Source of the DNA: Chrysomallon squamiferum
Taxonomy: Eukaryota > Animalia > Mollusca
Direction of reading: 5' to 3'
Assembly: GCA_012295275.1 (NCBI GenBank)
Contig: CM022678.1
Location: 15,066,001-15,130,000, forward strand
Length of the DNA: 64,000 bases
Numbering within the stretch: the stretch's first letter is position 1; each line of letters begins with the position of its first letter. The notes beneath the pieces were generated by a model. The model was not told the origin of the DNA and did not search any database. It saw nothing but the letters and a program-made list of their open reading frames with translations. Positions 31,773-50,303 of the stretch are shown piece after piece. The position numbers and the translations under genes were made by a program.

Positions 31773-31858
<86 letters not shown>

Positions 31859-33669
31859 CATCATCCTTTTTTTTTTTTTTTTTATCTAGTTATTTATTTA
31901 CTTATTTTATTTATTTTATTTCATTTCATTTTAATTATTATTTTTAAATTTCATTTCTTTATCGATTATTTTGTTTCATTATTTATACATTTAAATATTT
32001 CGTATCACTAAGTTTTTGAGATTTTCGAGAATATAATCAACATCTCCGTAACTGAAAGGTATTTTTTAAAATGTGCAAATACGTTTAATTTCATTCAAGA
32101 GAGGGATAATATAGTATCAAACTCTTCCACATGTAATTTGCATAAGTAATTAATTTTGTTTGGAATACGATTTTAGAATGCGCCAACCAGACTGATACTG
32201 TTGTTAACGAACGATTTCGTGTTTCTTAATATCAGAACAAAGCAGAAAGCCAATGTATTGAAAGTTTTAACACAAAGACATAAATTAACTTGTAATGAAA
32301 AGAGTAGAGACTATGAATGTCATATTATTTACAAATGTTCATTATGCAGTGGCGTGTGTGTTCAGTTTATATAAAAAATATTCCGCCTTTATTTATTGTT
32401 ATTTATTCAGAATGGGACAAATTTATGTAAGATTATTGTAAAATTTCGTAAATATACATTGTCCATTTGTTGTCAATATTGCCCATCCTCCATATTCACC
32501 ACTTGTCAAAAGTAACTGTTTTATGTACGAAATGTATGTCAATAAAGTTAATAAGTTCTCTGATAAAAATCTGAAAATAACTTAAAATAAAGAATAGATT
32601 AAAACACTTTTTTCTTTCTTTGTTTTTAGTAATATTTTCCTTTATTCTTTAATTTTTTTTCTCTTTCTCGCCTGTAGTATATATTGATAATATTAGAAAA
32701 TAAATATAAATAAAACTGTCTATTAATCAAACTAATTAAATAAACACGAACCTGAGGACAGAGTGAGAGCTATTGCGATGAAATACGCTTTCTTTTTTCC
32801 ACGCAGTCGTGGTAACATGGCGTACAGTTTGACGATGTAGAAAGCTGGCAACAACATCATCAACCCCGTCACACACAGCGCCTGGCACGCCTGGAACCAG
32901 CCTTGAAAAAAAAAAAAAAAAAATTCTGAATCTTAACATGGCCTTATTGAAAAAAAAAAAAACACGAAACGTCATCACTGTTAGCTACTGTTTGATAGGG
33001 AATACAGCGAGAGATCTGAATTAAACCTTTTCTTACACCTCAGCCTTATTCTAACCACTGATTTATAGACTTTGAAATTCGTGTTATAAAATGTACATTA
33101 TTTGTAAAGATTTTACCAAATATAAAAAAGTCCAAATTTCAAGTTACACCAAAACAAACATGGCAAGATATTGTATAATTAAATAGATAATTTATAGATA
33201 ATTTATAGATTTTTCATAACGATTGTATTTATTCATAATCAAAATCGACAGTGCCTTACAAAGAATTGCTTCTATTAAGACAATTATCGCTTCATCATCA
33301 TCACAAATTAACAGATGGTTATATTCATGAGAAAAATGGTAACTAACAATTACAGTGAAGTGATTCCCTGTAAAGTGTTTTCTAAACCTGATTCAAGAGT
33401 CGCTCACCTGGAATTCTGTCAGAGTGGTGGTTGATCACGAAAGATCCGCAGATCCATTTTTTCCTTCTGTAAAAACAACTCTGCCACAGTCCTTCGTGCC
33501 AGACGAGTGTGCCGTTCACGTAGCCAGCTGCCCAGTACGACGACGTCAGAGACGCGACGTTGATGATGATGGCTGCTACGAGTGTGACGCAGCAAACTTT
33601 GACGTATATAGTTGCTCTCTCGCAAAGTTTAAGTCTTGGTTCCTCTTCTGAATTTTCCGCGATGTTCAT
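30736..33669 (-). pseudogene. PMP22/EMP/claudin-like tetraspan gene A. Exons 33669-33408, 32901-32752, 30921-30736, with an apparent frameshift near 30835 (pseudogene, variant allele or assembly error)
   Basis: Exon 1 has TM1 plus the claudin signature W...EGLWQSC...C. Exon 2 (150 nt) reads GWFQACQALCVTGL. Exon 3 begins GIFILVGSIVFA, but the expected TM4 WSFGFEIIAVFLCFTSAGL...SP* is in another frame: the exon is 186 nt, one base more than a phase-1 terminal exon allows. Confidence 0.75.
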
Positions 33670-34250
33670 CTCTGTGTCTCGTTTACGCTTAATAAATTTA
33701 AAAACTGAAGACTGGAGTTCTGTAACAGATTTTCAGTGTAAACGTCAGTCCTCTCTCTCTCTGGTATATTAAACTCCTTGACTGGTGTTCTGATTTAAGG
33801 TTCAGATTTGTAAGCTGACTCTTCCCAGTATAATCTTTATTTCAAATATACTAAGCGTCTCGATGACTATACTGGACTTTAAGTTCAGATTTGTAACAGG
33901 CAATTAACTGAAGTTTTCAAATCTTACAGACTTTTTTACCCAGTAGATGGAAGTAGCGTGTTTCACTGTTTGTTTAAAATATCTGGCCGTTCTCTGAATT
34001 CAGATTTGCAGTCTACGTCTCACGGATAACCGCTGAAATGAACCTCTGATTATCAGACGACATTAGAAGCCCCAGGCATTGAAATCAAACGTCGTGCAGT
34101 AAAAAAGACAATATAAACATCTGTCATATAAAAACAAATAGTAAATCATCCTTCTCGGTGACAGCTAACAGTGACTACCCTGAAAATGATGCGTAGTTGT
34201 TTGTGCTGATGTAAAATAATCACTGGTGAATACACGGTTATTTGATTCAG

Positions 34251-34495
<245 letters not shown>

Positions 34496-36069
34496 ACACA
34501 TTTATACCGATCTGAAAAAAACATTTGTTTACGACAAGTGTTATAGAAAACGCTATTTTGACGAGCTACAAATAAATGCAAATGATAATAATAAAAATAG
34601 TTATAAATGAATGAATGGAAGAATGAATGAAAATTAATAAATAAATAACAGTAAAATATATACTGATCAAAAAAGTTAAGGCTCATGCTGTATTTGATGA
34701 TGCTGTTTTGCAGTTAAATTTCCAATTTCTATGTAAAATCATAAACACATGAATAGCACTGTCCTTTCACATCATATGCCAATTCTTTTAATCATTTATA
34801 ATTTCATTTTTTTTTTTTTTTTTTTTTTTTTTTACTACAGATCAATAAAAAAAAAGCTAAACAAAGTATAAAGAAAACAAATCTTTATTAACATTGGTAT
34901 ATATGTAATTGTAACATAAATTCTGTAGCAGTCTTATGAACATCTACAAAAGTATAAAAGTTACAGTAAGATCTCGCTTCTAAAATAACTGTTCTTTTCA
35001 CAATGGTTATAATGATTACAATGATTAATATAAAACATATTTTGATTAACATTTATCTTAGAATACTATAAAAATTGTTAGTAGTTTTAATTTGTATACA
35101 TACTACCCTATTTTATATCACAAATCTATACTGTGTAATGTGGTTCAACTATGTCTTTATTGTGACAATAATTATTATGCACTAAATATTACTATATAGA
35201 ATAAATTGAATCAAAAGACTGAGTCTGAGGTAAAATTGTTAACAATTACAATGTGAAACTAACAAAAAAAAAAAAAAAAAAAAAAAAGATTAATAATAAA
35301 ATAATTTTAAAAAAGGATAAAATAATTATAATAAAATAAAGAAATAAATAAATAAAAACAAACAGGAAGACGATGAAGATGAAAGTAACATACATGACAT
35401 TTGAAATAATCTCTTTTACTTTTAAATTCAAACTGATGTCAACAATTTTCATCAAAAACTGGTAAAATCTCAAATGAATACGTTTCAGATTCGTTTCTCA
35501 CAATATCTTCTAAACGTCATTCAAAATACAGTCTGAAACCCATTTTCTTCTAGAATTTCCTGTTATTCAGATACATAATATTTAAATGATATTCAACTAG
35601 ATAATATTTAAATGATATTCAAACAGATAATATTTAAATGATATTCAAACAGACAGTATTTAACTTCATGTATGAGATGAGGACCAAATGTCCAAAATGA
35701 GTTTTTAAAATGGCGTTACGAAATGACACGTGATTAGTACACTGGAAAGGAGAACACGTGAACACGATTTGCTGTTAACAGCAGTTGTCGACTTCAGTAC
35801 AGGATAATATTGCTTAAAGCTCTCGTATAATAGTCATAAAATAAAATATCTCGCGTAAACTATTTTGATATCAGTTAATAACTCAACAGAAACTTTACCC
35901 TCGTATAATTACCCAAGTTAGAAATACTGTGATTTGTAACAAAAATATATATATAAACAAATAAACAAATAAACAAACAAAAAAGTCTTAATTTGATTAT
36001 TTGGTCTAAATTAACATCGAAAATATATTGCTTAATAATATAATTTTATTTTATTTTTTATTATTTATT

Positions 36070-36125
<56 letters not shown>

Positions 36126-36220
36126 TTAGTTTTTTTTTTTTTTTTTTGAAATATCGATTTATTACACTGATATAAAAACATTTATCACGAATATGTCATT
36201 ACGGTAACGTTCTTTACAGT

Positions 36221-36374
36221 TCTAATATTCAAGTACAGATATAATATACAAGTACAGATCTAATATACAAGTACAGATCTAATATACAAGTACAGATCTA
36301 ATATACAAGTACAGATCTAATATACAAGTACAGATCTAATATACAAGTACAGATCTAATATACAAGTACAGATC
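36221..36374. repeat. 19-bp minisatellite AATATACAAGTACAGATCT, ~8 copies, just 3' of the claudin-like gene B stop (likely 3' UTR)
   Basis: Directly visible. Confidence 0.92.
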
Positions 36375-36459
36375 GTTACAAATGGAGATTTAAAAATACT
36401 GTCTTTTAGAAACATTCTTCGTGCAGCTCATACATATATATTCAGTATATCAGCAGCTT

Positions 36460-38857
<2,398 letters not shown>

Positions 38858-39302
38858 GTTTTAAACACTTGTGTGACACAGAACGTCGTCTGCAAAAACA
38901 CTCGCTAGACGTCGGTGTAGATTTTACGTGAGAATTAATTCTGAAAGATAATAAATCATAATTTTTTTAAATTAAAATAACTGGCAGATCAGACGGCGCA
39001 TTTGTAATTAGATACTACACTTTTTATTCTGTTTTATTCTTTAAATAAAATCTAAATCAACAGGAATAAAATGATATATGAAAATAAATAAATAAATGTT
39101 TAAATGAATAAATAAATAAATAAATAAAATCGCATGATATATATCTTTATTTGAATATTTTCTAAATCAAAATATTAAATTTATTTGGATACAAACTCTA
39201 GATTATGGTATATATTGATCTTCACATATTATTATTGTTATTTTTCTTTTCTTTTTTTATGTTTTACTTTTTATTTTATTTTATTTTATTTCATTTTATT
39301 TT

Positions 39303-39333
<31 letters not shown>

Positions 39334-39594
39334 TTTTTTTTTTTGATGGTTACATTATTAAATGCTGTGTCTATCTATATTTTATTATTATTATCATCGT
39401 TGTTGTCGTCATCATCATAATAATCATTGATTTTTATTAAAAATAATAAAATATATCTGAAGGTGAATGTGGAAAAAATTAAATATGTAACAAAGATGAC
39501 TTACCGATTTAATAACACAATTTTATCCTATTATAATAATTTCATTTTTTCTTTCTTCCTTCCTTTCTTTCGTTCTTTTTTTAATTTATTTATT

Positions 39595-39651
<57 letters not shown>

Positions 39652-40846
39652 AAGATTAATGAATTAGGAAATAAGAAAGTCTACGACTTCTAAGTCTTGC
39701 TACTCTCAACAATGTTACAAAAATTACGTCAATTGAAAAGAAATACTTTTATTTTTATTTTCATTTTAAAGATGTCTGCGTGACACTACTTACTGTTAAT
39801 AATTCTATATTTTATGATTCTCTGTTTCACAAGCACGTGCAATTTACTACAATATAGAATGAATGACGTTTGCATATATAAAGGTTGTTTAACAGTTATG
39901 CGCATGTGTGTTTGTATGTGTAACAACCCGTGACCTCGAGGTCGCATCCTTGTCATAGTGGAATGCGTGTTTAGAAAGAAATAAAAATAAATAAATAAAT
40001 AAATAAACATAAATAATAAAATAAAATAAAATAATAATTTAAAAAATACAAATAAAATAAATAAAATTAAATAATAATAATAATAAGAAGAAGAAGAAGA
40101 AGAAGAAGAAAAAAAAAAAGAAAAGAAAAAAGATTGGTGGGTAGAAAGAAAAGGTGACCTGTTCTAAATAATATTTCACCTAGGATAACATTTAGATATT
40201 TTAATTTTTGATAAACGAATTTAGTGAATTAATTCTATTTTTCATTAAAATAATTTCTGTTAATTTCCTGTTATAATAAGACGCATTTACGACATTGGCA
40301 CGCATTTGTTACAAAAGTCACATTACATATAAACAAACCTGTCACATATTTCGCCTGATCCCTGGTCAAACGCCGGAAAACTCCAACTCTAGATCTCTGC
40401 AGAAAACACCGATAATAATTCAAAAAACACAACAACAATCAGCTTAGTGCTTCAGATTAAGTCCAGTAGTGCTTATTATGCGTATCCTAAAACTGTCAGT
40501 ATGCATCTACGACAACGACAAAAATCTACGGCTACAAATGTATACTGACGCATCACATTTGTGTTATGTATATAAAGTAGGTCAGAGAAATATTTAGCTG
40601 AAAGTAACCTTGTACAGGTGTCGGGTTCAGGTGAGTTCACAACTGGACTTACACCGGGCCATTTTGATTTCATGAATGACCAAGAATGTGTGGAAATGTG
40701 TGAAACGTGGTGGAAATTTCTAGGACGTAAGTGTACAGAAAAAACAACAACTGACAAAACAAAACAAACAGTCTGAGTGCTTGTGTGGAAAATAGACCTT
40801 GTGGTATGTTGTTTGAGAGTATTTTTTTACCTTTGTGTTATTTTCC

Positions 40847-40895
<49 letters not shown>

Positions 40896-41230
40896 TTATT
40901 TATTTTTTTTTTCTTTTTGGTTTTGAGGATTTTTCTGTGGATTTCGTATGTAAATATAATTATTTTTAATTCTTTATATTATATAAATAATTAATATTAT
41001 AAACATCGCTATGTTTTTCACCTTATATATTGTGTGAGAAAAAAAAAGCAATTTTATATTAAATTTCTTTAGCGGAGTTCATTCATTTTATATATTTATT
41101 ATTAATATTTGTAATTAATATTTAACATAATGAATAAAATCCGACTGAACTTAGATAATAACTGAGGTAAACAAAATGTCACTGAATGAACCCGTCATCT
41201 CAAACAGGTTTATAATTAGTTTCTTTTATT

Positions 41231-41302
<72 letters not shown>

Positions 41303-41556
41303 TTTATAGACAGCTTTCTGGTAGACATACTTTAATATTTTAATTAATTTTTAATTCAATAGCAGATAGTTATATTTATTTATCCTTGTTTAAGAAATAT
41401 TTTAAAAATAAATTACGTAATATTTGGCTCGAACAATGCTGTCTAGTTGATGAATTACGATTGCGACAAAATTTACGGCCGAAATGTCTTCCTTTCAATC
41501 AATCATGTGCATGACTGTGTTTGTCTATGTGTGTGTTATATATATATCTAGCTGTC

Positions 41557-41636
<80 letters not shown>

Positions 41637-41705
41637 TAGAAAGATAGATACAGAGAGAGAGCGAGAGAGTGAGATAAAGATAGAAAGATAAATATAGACA
41701 GATGG

Positions 41706-41793
<88 letters not shown>

Positions 41794-42974
41794 TGTGTTA
41801 CGTGCGCAAGACAGACGCTCAGTAAATTAATAATAAATAAATTAACTATTAATGAAAACATTGGAAGTTCTTCATTACATCTGATCATTTCGTGACGTGG
41901 TTTACACAACGGTTTTACATTGCTCCCAGTATCTTCTGACCAGTCTAACGACTCTCTGGAAACCTGTAATAACCAGTGTAACAAGAAAGCTTAGCACCAA
42001 CAGAATCAACGAACAGGTCGATAGATTACAGCGAATATTCCCCCGATAGTTAGTATCGACCCGTTTATGTCTTTATTTCACTGATATAACACCATTTTTA
42101 GATACTCGGAAATTATAATTTTGTATTTCACTGAAGTGTTGTTATATAAAAAAAACCTGAATATTACAAATACTTAAATAAATGCATCTGTATCATTTTC
42201 TTAATAATTTTTGGAATTATTTTTTATTTATTATTTTATTCATGATATGATCGTTATTATTGTTGTCATCTAAATATATACTGTCACGTATTTCCTGTCA
42301 GCATATTACATAAATATAATTAACTGTTTACTTTCCGCGGGGAACGCCCACAAATACATACGCATGCACACACGCACACGCAAATACACATATACGTACC
42401 CAAATACACATGTACACCACAGAAACATAATATACATTATACACACATAAACACAAACACTCACACATACGTACAGACATGCAGACACAGAATGAAGTGC
42501 ACGCATAGACAAAAACAACACCAGAGAATAGAAAAGGAAATTTTTATTAACAAGAGAAACAAAAAAGTAAAACAATAAATAAACAATCAAAATAAATATT
42601 TTACATTCTCATTTATACAAACATCGTTTTGAGTTAGGCAAATATACTAAGTATCTTAGTTTTCACATAAACCTACTCTCTTGTTTGCCTCACTTGGTTA
42701 AACACGATAGCAAAGGAATCTGTTAAACAAGAGTTCGGAAAAAGAAGAAGTAAAGAATTGTTTTAACATTCTAAATCATCAAACATTTATCTGGCTCTCA
42801 GGCCTTGTCCTTATACTTAATTATTATTACTGTCATACACATTATCTTAACTGTTGTCATCATTAGCATCACCATGATTAATATTATTATTATTATTATT
42901 ATTATTATTCTGTTTATATATTTATATTGTAATAAACACATTGTGCATATTCACAAACATTAATCATACATACA

Positions 42975-43008
<34 letters not shown>

Positions 43009-43096
43009 AATAAATACATACAAACATGCATATCTATATCTATATCTATATACAGTTTTATAAGAATATATTTACAAAATTGAATAAAATTACCAG

Positions 43097-45848
43097 TTAC
43101 AAAATGCGAATACGTGATAAGGTTGATGATCGTAAAAATGGAGATTTTCTGAACGCAGATCGCAGAGATGGTATTTCCGTTAGCGTGGACGTGCGAACAA
43201 AGTTAGGTTTGTATTCTTTGTCAGAAGGAAAACACAAATTTAACAACAACTGAGCTGGCCTCGCTGTTTCTGCTTTTCTCACCGTGGGCGGGCTGCAAGC
43301 TTTGAACTCGCGTCCAGAGACAGGCGGAGCCGAGGCTAGTCTCAGTTCACGAGAGAAAGTGTTTCTTCTGCAGGACGCGGAGGAGTTCGCACGTCGAGTT
43401 CTGAACTCGTTAGAGATGACAGTTTCGTTGTCATCACCCAGAGACTTGGGTGTGAGGTGGAGGTAGACCACAGCGGAGTCAGCCGGGTGACTGCGTCTGG
43501 AACAGGAGAATTTCGTGTGTTTCTTGTCTGTGACAGGACTGTGCTTACTGGCGGACACTGACGCCCTCTCTGCAGTGACCAGCAGACTGTCGCTGTTATC
43601 TGGCTGACGAAACTCGGGAGACGAATCATACGAAGAGTTTGAACTGCTGTGTCTGAAGGATACAGAACTTTTACAACGAACTCTCTTCACGTCGTGATGA
43701 TGCTGCCAGTGACTTGTTCGGGTGATCAGCGGGGAGCTGTTAGGTCGTAGTCTGTTGTTACTCCTCTCAAACAACGAACGTCTGCAGTCTGACACGTGAG
43801 CGCTCTTCTTTCGAGAAAGTAACGGTGAAGACTTTGCATCAGATATCACGTGATTCACTGACGTCCCCTGCTTTGTCTTTCCAGGTGACACTGAAACGAC
43901 ATCGCTGACAACGTTCTGCTGGTCATCCCACGACGACACGAGATTCGACTCCTCGAGCTGCCTAGACACGGAGGTAAACATGGCCGCGCCTCGCGTTCTG
44001 TTCAAAGCCATGATCACCCTGGCTAGAGGCCGTATGCTGCTGAATCCGTGGTGAACTTTGACCGCTGTTTTATCAAAGCCATAAACATTTTCTTTTTCTA
44101 TAGACTCAGTGACATCGACGATGTTCATTCTCGGAGGGACTGTTTGATAATCTTGTTTTATGTAAGCAGACTTGGATAGACCCTGCGACCTGCTGACTGT
44201 TTCAATCAGTTCGCTGAAATTATTCACGTCTCGTAAGAGATTCCCCACAGTGCTAGATCTCAGTAAAATAGCTTTCTCCAGCAGTTTCGCCTTCTCCGAC
44301 TTCCCTTCTTTTAGTTTCCTCTGCGAACAGGTTCTTACTATCATCTCTCTCGATTTGACGCTGTGGTCAACGCTGCTGTTATCGGGCAAATGTTCGTCAA
44401 ACGAGCTCTCGGACGTCTGTTGTCCTTGATCGTGTTGGAAAACCTCGCTCTCGCTTTCTGAATCTGAATCAGCTTTTATAGCATCCGTAGACGTTTCGGA
44501 ATTCGATTTTACAATAGCTGTTGAGTCCCTATTATCAGGATCAATTGTTATTTCATCTGCAAATGGCTCTTTCTCTTTAGGTAACACAATGTGAATTGAT
44601 TCATATTTCTTCATCAGTATTTCACTTTCGTTGACTCTACGATGAGAACTGTTGTCATCTTGCACACAAACATCTTTAGACGTCGACCTCTGTATGAGAT
44701 GATGGATTTGTTTCATGGATCTCTCGCAGGAATCGACCCGGGATACATATTTAGGTGTTATTAATTCTTCAAACACTTGTTTAGGTTGACGAGAATCTGT
44801 AACATCTTCAGGCGAGATCTTGCGACTGTCAGGTAACCCCGACTCTCCTGCCTCGCTTTTTAATAATGGTTTTTGATCCGTTTGAGAAAAAGAAACTCTA
44901 CGCAGTTTGGGTTTTTCTATTGATTCGTCATTAGTATCCGCTGCTGTACATTTCGCGTTGTTCTGGTGATCAATATTCATGCCACTGTCACTGATATTTC
45001 CTTTCGCTTTAAGACTGACGTCTGAAACTTCTTTGTTTGGAGAACGTGTGACGTCTTCATTGTTCACGTCACTACATTTCTTCAAGAACGCTGTGCTAGA
45101 CACTGCCTGTTTAATCTGACAGCCGGCGTACGAGAACAGTCGTCTTCGTCTAGCTCGCTCTTCCAGCAGTTCACAGCTGATCACTGCTGGTGTCTCTGCA
45201 GATCTTGGTTTGCTTTCTACGATTGTCTGATCCGCGGGTTTCTCCTCAGGTGTCTCCGTTGCCGTAGCAACCGAGATGACGTCGTTTTCGTTATCCGCTG
45301 TAATTGTTTCCGGTGCCGCCCCCAACATGAAGTGTTTGAAATCTTGACGTTAATAAAAATGAATTAAAATAAAATGATAGATAGATAGATATATAGATAG
45401 ACAGACAGACAGATAGATAGACAGACAGATAGATAGATAGATATGTAAACAAACAAAACCTGACATGCTGATCCGCCCGTCACCGTCTAAATCTGCAGCC
45501 TTCAACATCGACATGATTTCATCATCGTCAACCATTTCACCTACACCCATCATCAGCTTGTACACGTCGGCACCGGTGATGAAGCCGTCGTTATCGAAGT
45601 CGGCAACTGCAAAAGCAGCTTTGACGCATTCTGTTTCCTCTTCATGTGTACACATGAGTTTGTTCACCACAATCTTTTCAAATTCCTGTATGTCTATTTC
45701 TCCTCGAGCTGAAAATTAGGGTGCTTACATCGTGCAGAACTTGTTCATATTAAAAAAAACATTTCTTAAATAAGTTTCCTCATTTAAATGTTTATTATAA
45801 ATATATTCTATAGGCCTACAGCCATAATGTAATAATATTATTATTAAG

Positions 45849-45879
<31 letters not shown>

Positions 45880-46151
45880 AATGAATTACAATAAAAATAG
45901 AAAAGATATAGTAAAACTAATTAGTAAGAAAAGAACGAAATAAGAGAAAAAGGTATGATATTACGTCAGCAATGTCGTCATTCGTTTTCTGTGTCAAAGA
46001 TTTCTTACATAAATTACTATAGTTTCGGTCTATTAATAGACAAAATGGAAATTCCCGTCTCACATACTACCCGTCAAACGCATAAGTATTTTATTTTTTT
46101 ATCTGACATTCTAATAATCTGTATTATTATTATTATTATTGTTATTATTAC

Positions 46152-46184
<33 letters not shown>

Positions 46185-46795
46185 GAAATTTCCGTAACAG
46201 ACGGAGTTAACCGAAGAGTTCCGAACGATAAAACAGGCGTCAGTAATTAACAACTGTTATACACGTAGTTAAAAGTTCCTGTATAAGTTAATTGTTATTT
46301 CTTGTGGCTGTGTGTTTACATCTGTATACAAGTGAAATCTCTCCATGTTAATATTAGTTTCCATGTATTTTAAACCTGTATGCCTATATATATCCATAGT
46401 TATACTTGCGTGCCTGTGTATCTCTATTTTATAGTTATATTTTTATCTATGCCTACAGTATGTGTTCATGTGTAACTGTGTGTTTTATGAGTATGTGTTT
46501 ATGTTTTCATTTCTTTTCCTATTAATATAAGTATCAAGTTTATGTGTATGTACTGACACTTTTCCGAATCTGATTGTTTTTCAGTTAATATATCTCTTAG
46601 ATCAGTGAACATCAACTGAAAGCGCACGTGGATAACATTTTTTATTATCATTCATCTGACATTGTTTTCTTCAAAATAAATAATTCTGTTGTGTACGACA
46701 ACTTAATACGATGATTTTTACATCGAGTGACTATGAACATTACTGCTCTTTGTAGATCTTTTCTTGGGCCACACATTTTCTATTAGCTGAATATG

Positions 46796-46894
<99 letters not shown>

Positions 46895-47772
46895 GCACAA
46901 TCTGAGTAAATCTAAGAATTTTGACGTCTGAATTTGAGGCAAAAGAAGTCACTTACTTTCAATGAGAGCTTCTCTAATTAAATCTAGAATAGATTCATCA
47001 TTCGGTTCAATCTCCAGTAGTCTGATGATCGGCATAACGTTATCCACGTTAATACGTACTTCACCGTTAACAAACGCCAGATCTAAACCAGGTCTAATCT
47101 CTACAACGAAAGCAAATAGTGAAGGTATAAACTTAAAATATATGAACTGAAATATATTTTTAAATTATAATTATTTGTATACTTATATTTTTAGTACTAT
47201 TTTTTTTTTTTTTTTTTACTTTAAATTACTATTTTTTATTACAGTGCTGCATATTGATTTCCGACATTTTCACACACAAAAAAAAAAACCCACTGTAGAC
47301 AAGACAAAAGGGATGGAAGAGGCATTTAGTTTTACGGTGTTTGTTTTTTTTTTGGTTTGTTTGCTGTTGTTGTTGTTGGTTTTATTTGTTGTTGTTGTTG
47401 TTGTTATTGTTTGTTGTTTTCTTGAGAAATGTCCATTATAAGACGAGAGTGACCACGTGAAGGGAGACAATTCTATGCAACTTAGCTGGTGAGGGTTAAA
47501 CGTACAAGTTTATTGTTTTACTTACTAGTGAGAATTTCAGCTCTGAACAATCTTTAGCGTCCGGTTCTGGCTCCTGTAACGAAACAGTTAATCGTTTAAT
47601 TACCATTATTAACACTAATTATTTTTAAACACTTATAAATTATTACATAAAGAATCAAAACATTAACATACTGTGTAATAAAAAATGCGAAAGCAATTAT
47701 TAACCATGGAAATATGAGTGTGCGTGTGTGTTTGTGTATACATGCATGTATATATGTGTGTGTGTGTGTGTT

Positions 47773-47868
<96 letters not shown>

Positions 47869-48201
47869 AAAAGAAAAAATTATTAGATTCTATTTATTAT
47901 TATTATTATTATTATTATTAAACTTTTTCCAGCAGGTAAGTTTGTGATATATATGAAATTTATTAAAAATATTTGTTTATATAAAAAACAATACCTGTAG
48001 ATTTCTGTTCAAGCTATAAACGAATTAAGTGTTTAGACTTTCACTGCATTTTAAGGTTATTTTCTTATACTACAAAATCGAAAACAATTACGAAATCCCA
48101 AACATTTCAAAAAATCAATCCACTACCAACATGAATAAGTAATTGAATAAGAGATGGTAAAAGTAAACCTCATTTTCTGAAACAACTTCCTTCATTTTCA
48201 T
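43097..48201 (-). CDS. Calmodulin-like EF-hand protein with a ~740 aa Ser/Arg/acidic disordered C-terminal tail. Exons 48201-48169, 47573-47522, 47100-46957, 45708-45460, 45342-43097 (~907 aa)
   Basis: The C-lobe has EF loops DFDNDGFITGAD and DLDGDGRISMS|D. The N-lobe aligns to calmodulin but is degenerate (EIRPGLDLAFVNGEVRI...PNDESILDLIREALIE|TRGEIDIQEFEKIV). The last three exons are phase-consistent. The two 5' exons and the donor choice (47522 vs 47526) are less certain. Confidence 0.75.
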
Positions 48202-48251
48202 CTTGTTATGCACTCTCGAGTCAGGCTGGAAAATAATTTTTATAACGTTTG

Positions 48252-48364
<113 letters not shown>

Positions 48365-49554
48365 TATCATTATTATTATTATTGTTATTATTATTATTGT
48401 TATTGTTATTGTTATTATTATTATTATTAATGTTATTACTATAACTTAATATTAATTAATTTATGATTATTATTATTGTTGTTGCTTATATCGTTGCTTC
48501 CTTAAATTAAAAATAAAACACAATACTTTATTAATCAGCTCAAATTCAAAAATAACTTTCTGATGAAGACTTCGTTTAAAATGGATAAAACACTTTTTTG
48601 TACTTAAAAGAACAAATTTAATTTACCTTGTGCCAGAACGTTCTCTCCACTGTTTTTTTTTTTTTTTTTTTAAATTTACGAATATGCTTTTACACTTTTT
48701 GCATATGTTTGTCGTACATTTTTTTTTTTTCCAACTACATCTTCTGCGATATCGATTTTAAAATAATTATATCCATGATATGAAGAAACAAAATTCTGTC
48801 ACATTCCTGCTGAAAATATTTGTAACTTCCTGAGTCCTTCAACTTTGCTGCATTCTGGCAAACGTCTGCAAAGATTTGGTCAGTGGACGTGTTTTTAATT
48901 CGGTAGTAATTAGTTACATTGTACGTAATAATCTGTGAACGCATTAAGCAGTAACTCCACGCAACAATAACACGATCTGTTCAAACTTAAACTAATCCGT
49001 TTAGTTGCTGTACGGGATTTGTTCCCGCAAATTCAGATATTTCGTTTGATGTGTAACGAAGTCATTGATAGAGACTAACACAGGAAAATACAGGATATCT
49101 GATAAAACACTTGCAGTGACAAGAATATTTAAAACAGAATTAATAAACAACGAACTGAACCAAAAACAAAAAGGGTTAGAAAAATAACAACAACAACAAC
49201 AATTAAAGAATTATTTATTATTATTATTACTATTATTATTACTATTATTTATTATAACAATAACAAAGCTATTACTACTACTGATCCTGCTGCTGCTAGT
49301 ACCACTAATACAACAACAGCTACTACTACTGTTACTACAACTACTATTAATAATAGTAGCAGTAGTAACAATAAAAATAACAACTATTTAATGTTAATCT
49401 CAATAATATGCAATCAGCTGTTACCCAGTTAACATTTTTAGGAGTAAAAAAAAATATTTTAATATCAAAATCTTCCTGCACTTACTTAATGGAAATGTCT
49501 AAATTAGATGGGTTTATTTTTTTATTTTATTTTTTTTTTATTATTATTATTGAA

Positions 49555-49671
<117 letters not shown>

Positions 49672-50253
49672 TAACATTTAAAAAAAATTAAAACAATCAA
49701 ACCTTTCAAATTATTTTAAAAAAAATAAAAAATTAAATTCATGTTTGGCAACTAGAGAGCAAAATTATCATTAATTTCTTTTTCTTTTTTCATGTTCTCA
49801 TAATGCAGTTGCAGTTTAAATGTCTGTCTGTCTCGATATCTGTTTATCTGTGCGTACGTAATGTGGCATGACGTGAATCTGAATCACCTTGAAAAACTCA
49901 CGTGATACCTGATACTCCAGGTAACAATGTGGATGTCTTCAGGTGTACTTGTGCGAGTCAATACACTTACAATGCCTGTATTTAAAAAACACAATAACTG
50001 ATATTCTCTGTCTTGTTAAATGGCGGGTAACATTTTAGAAACGTCTGGTGCACTGTAGAACTATAAATAATGTACTGTGGGAATTATTATTGTTATTGTT
50101 ATTATAGTGGGTGAATGTGTTTGTACGTTTTATCAATCAGTGGTACAAATGTCTATATTTATATATCTAAATGTATGTCTATATCTGTATGAATATTAAC
50201 AGAAAATCTGAGTTCAGCTTAAAGGTAATTTTGTATTTGCATATAGTCATTTT

Positions 50254-50303
<50 letters not shown>

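Noticed and set aside
47101-47146. Alternative upstream acceptor adding FIYFKFIPSLFAFVV to the EF-hand protein
   Set aside because: It is in frame with the GTAAGT donor at 47525, but it looks like a pyrimidine tract and the 47100 acceptor reproduces the 144-nt calmodulin exon. Left unresolved and not used in the model.
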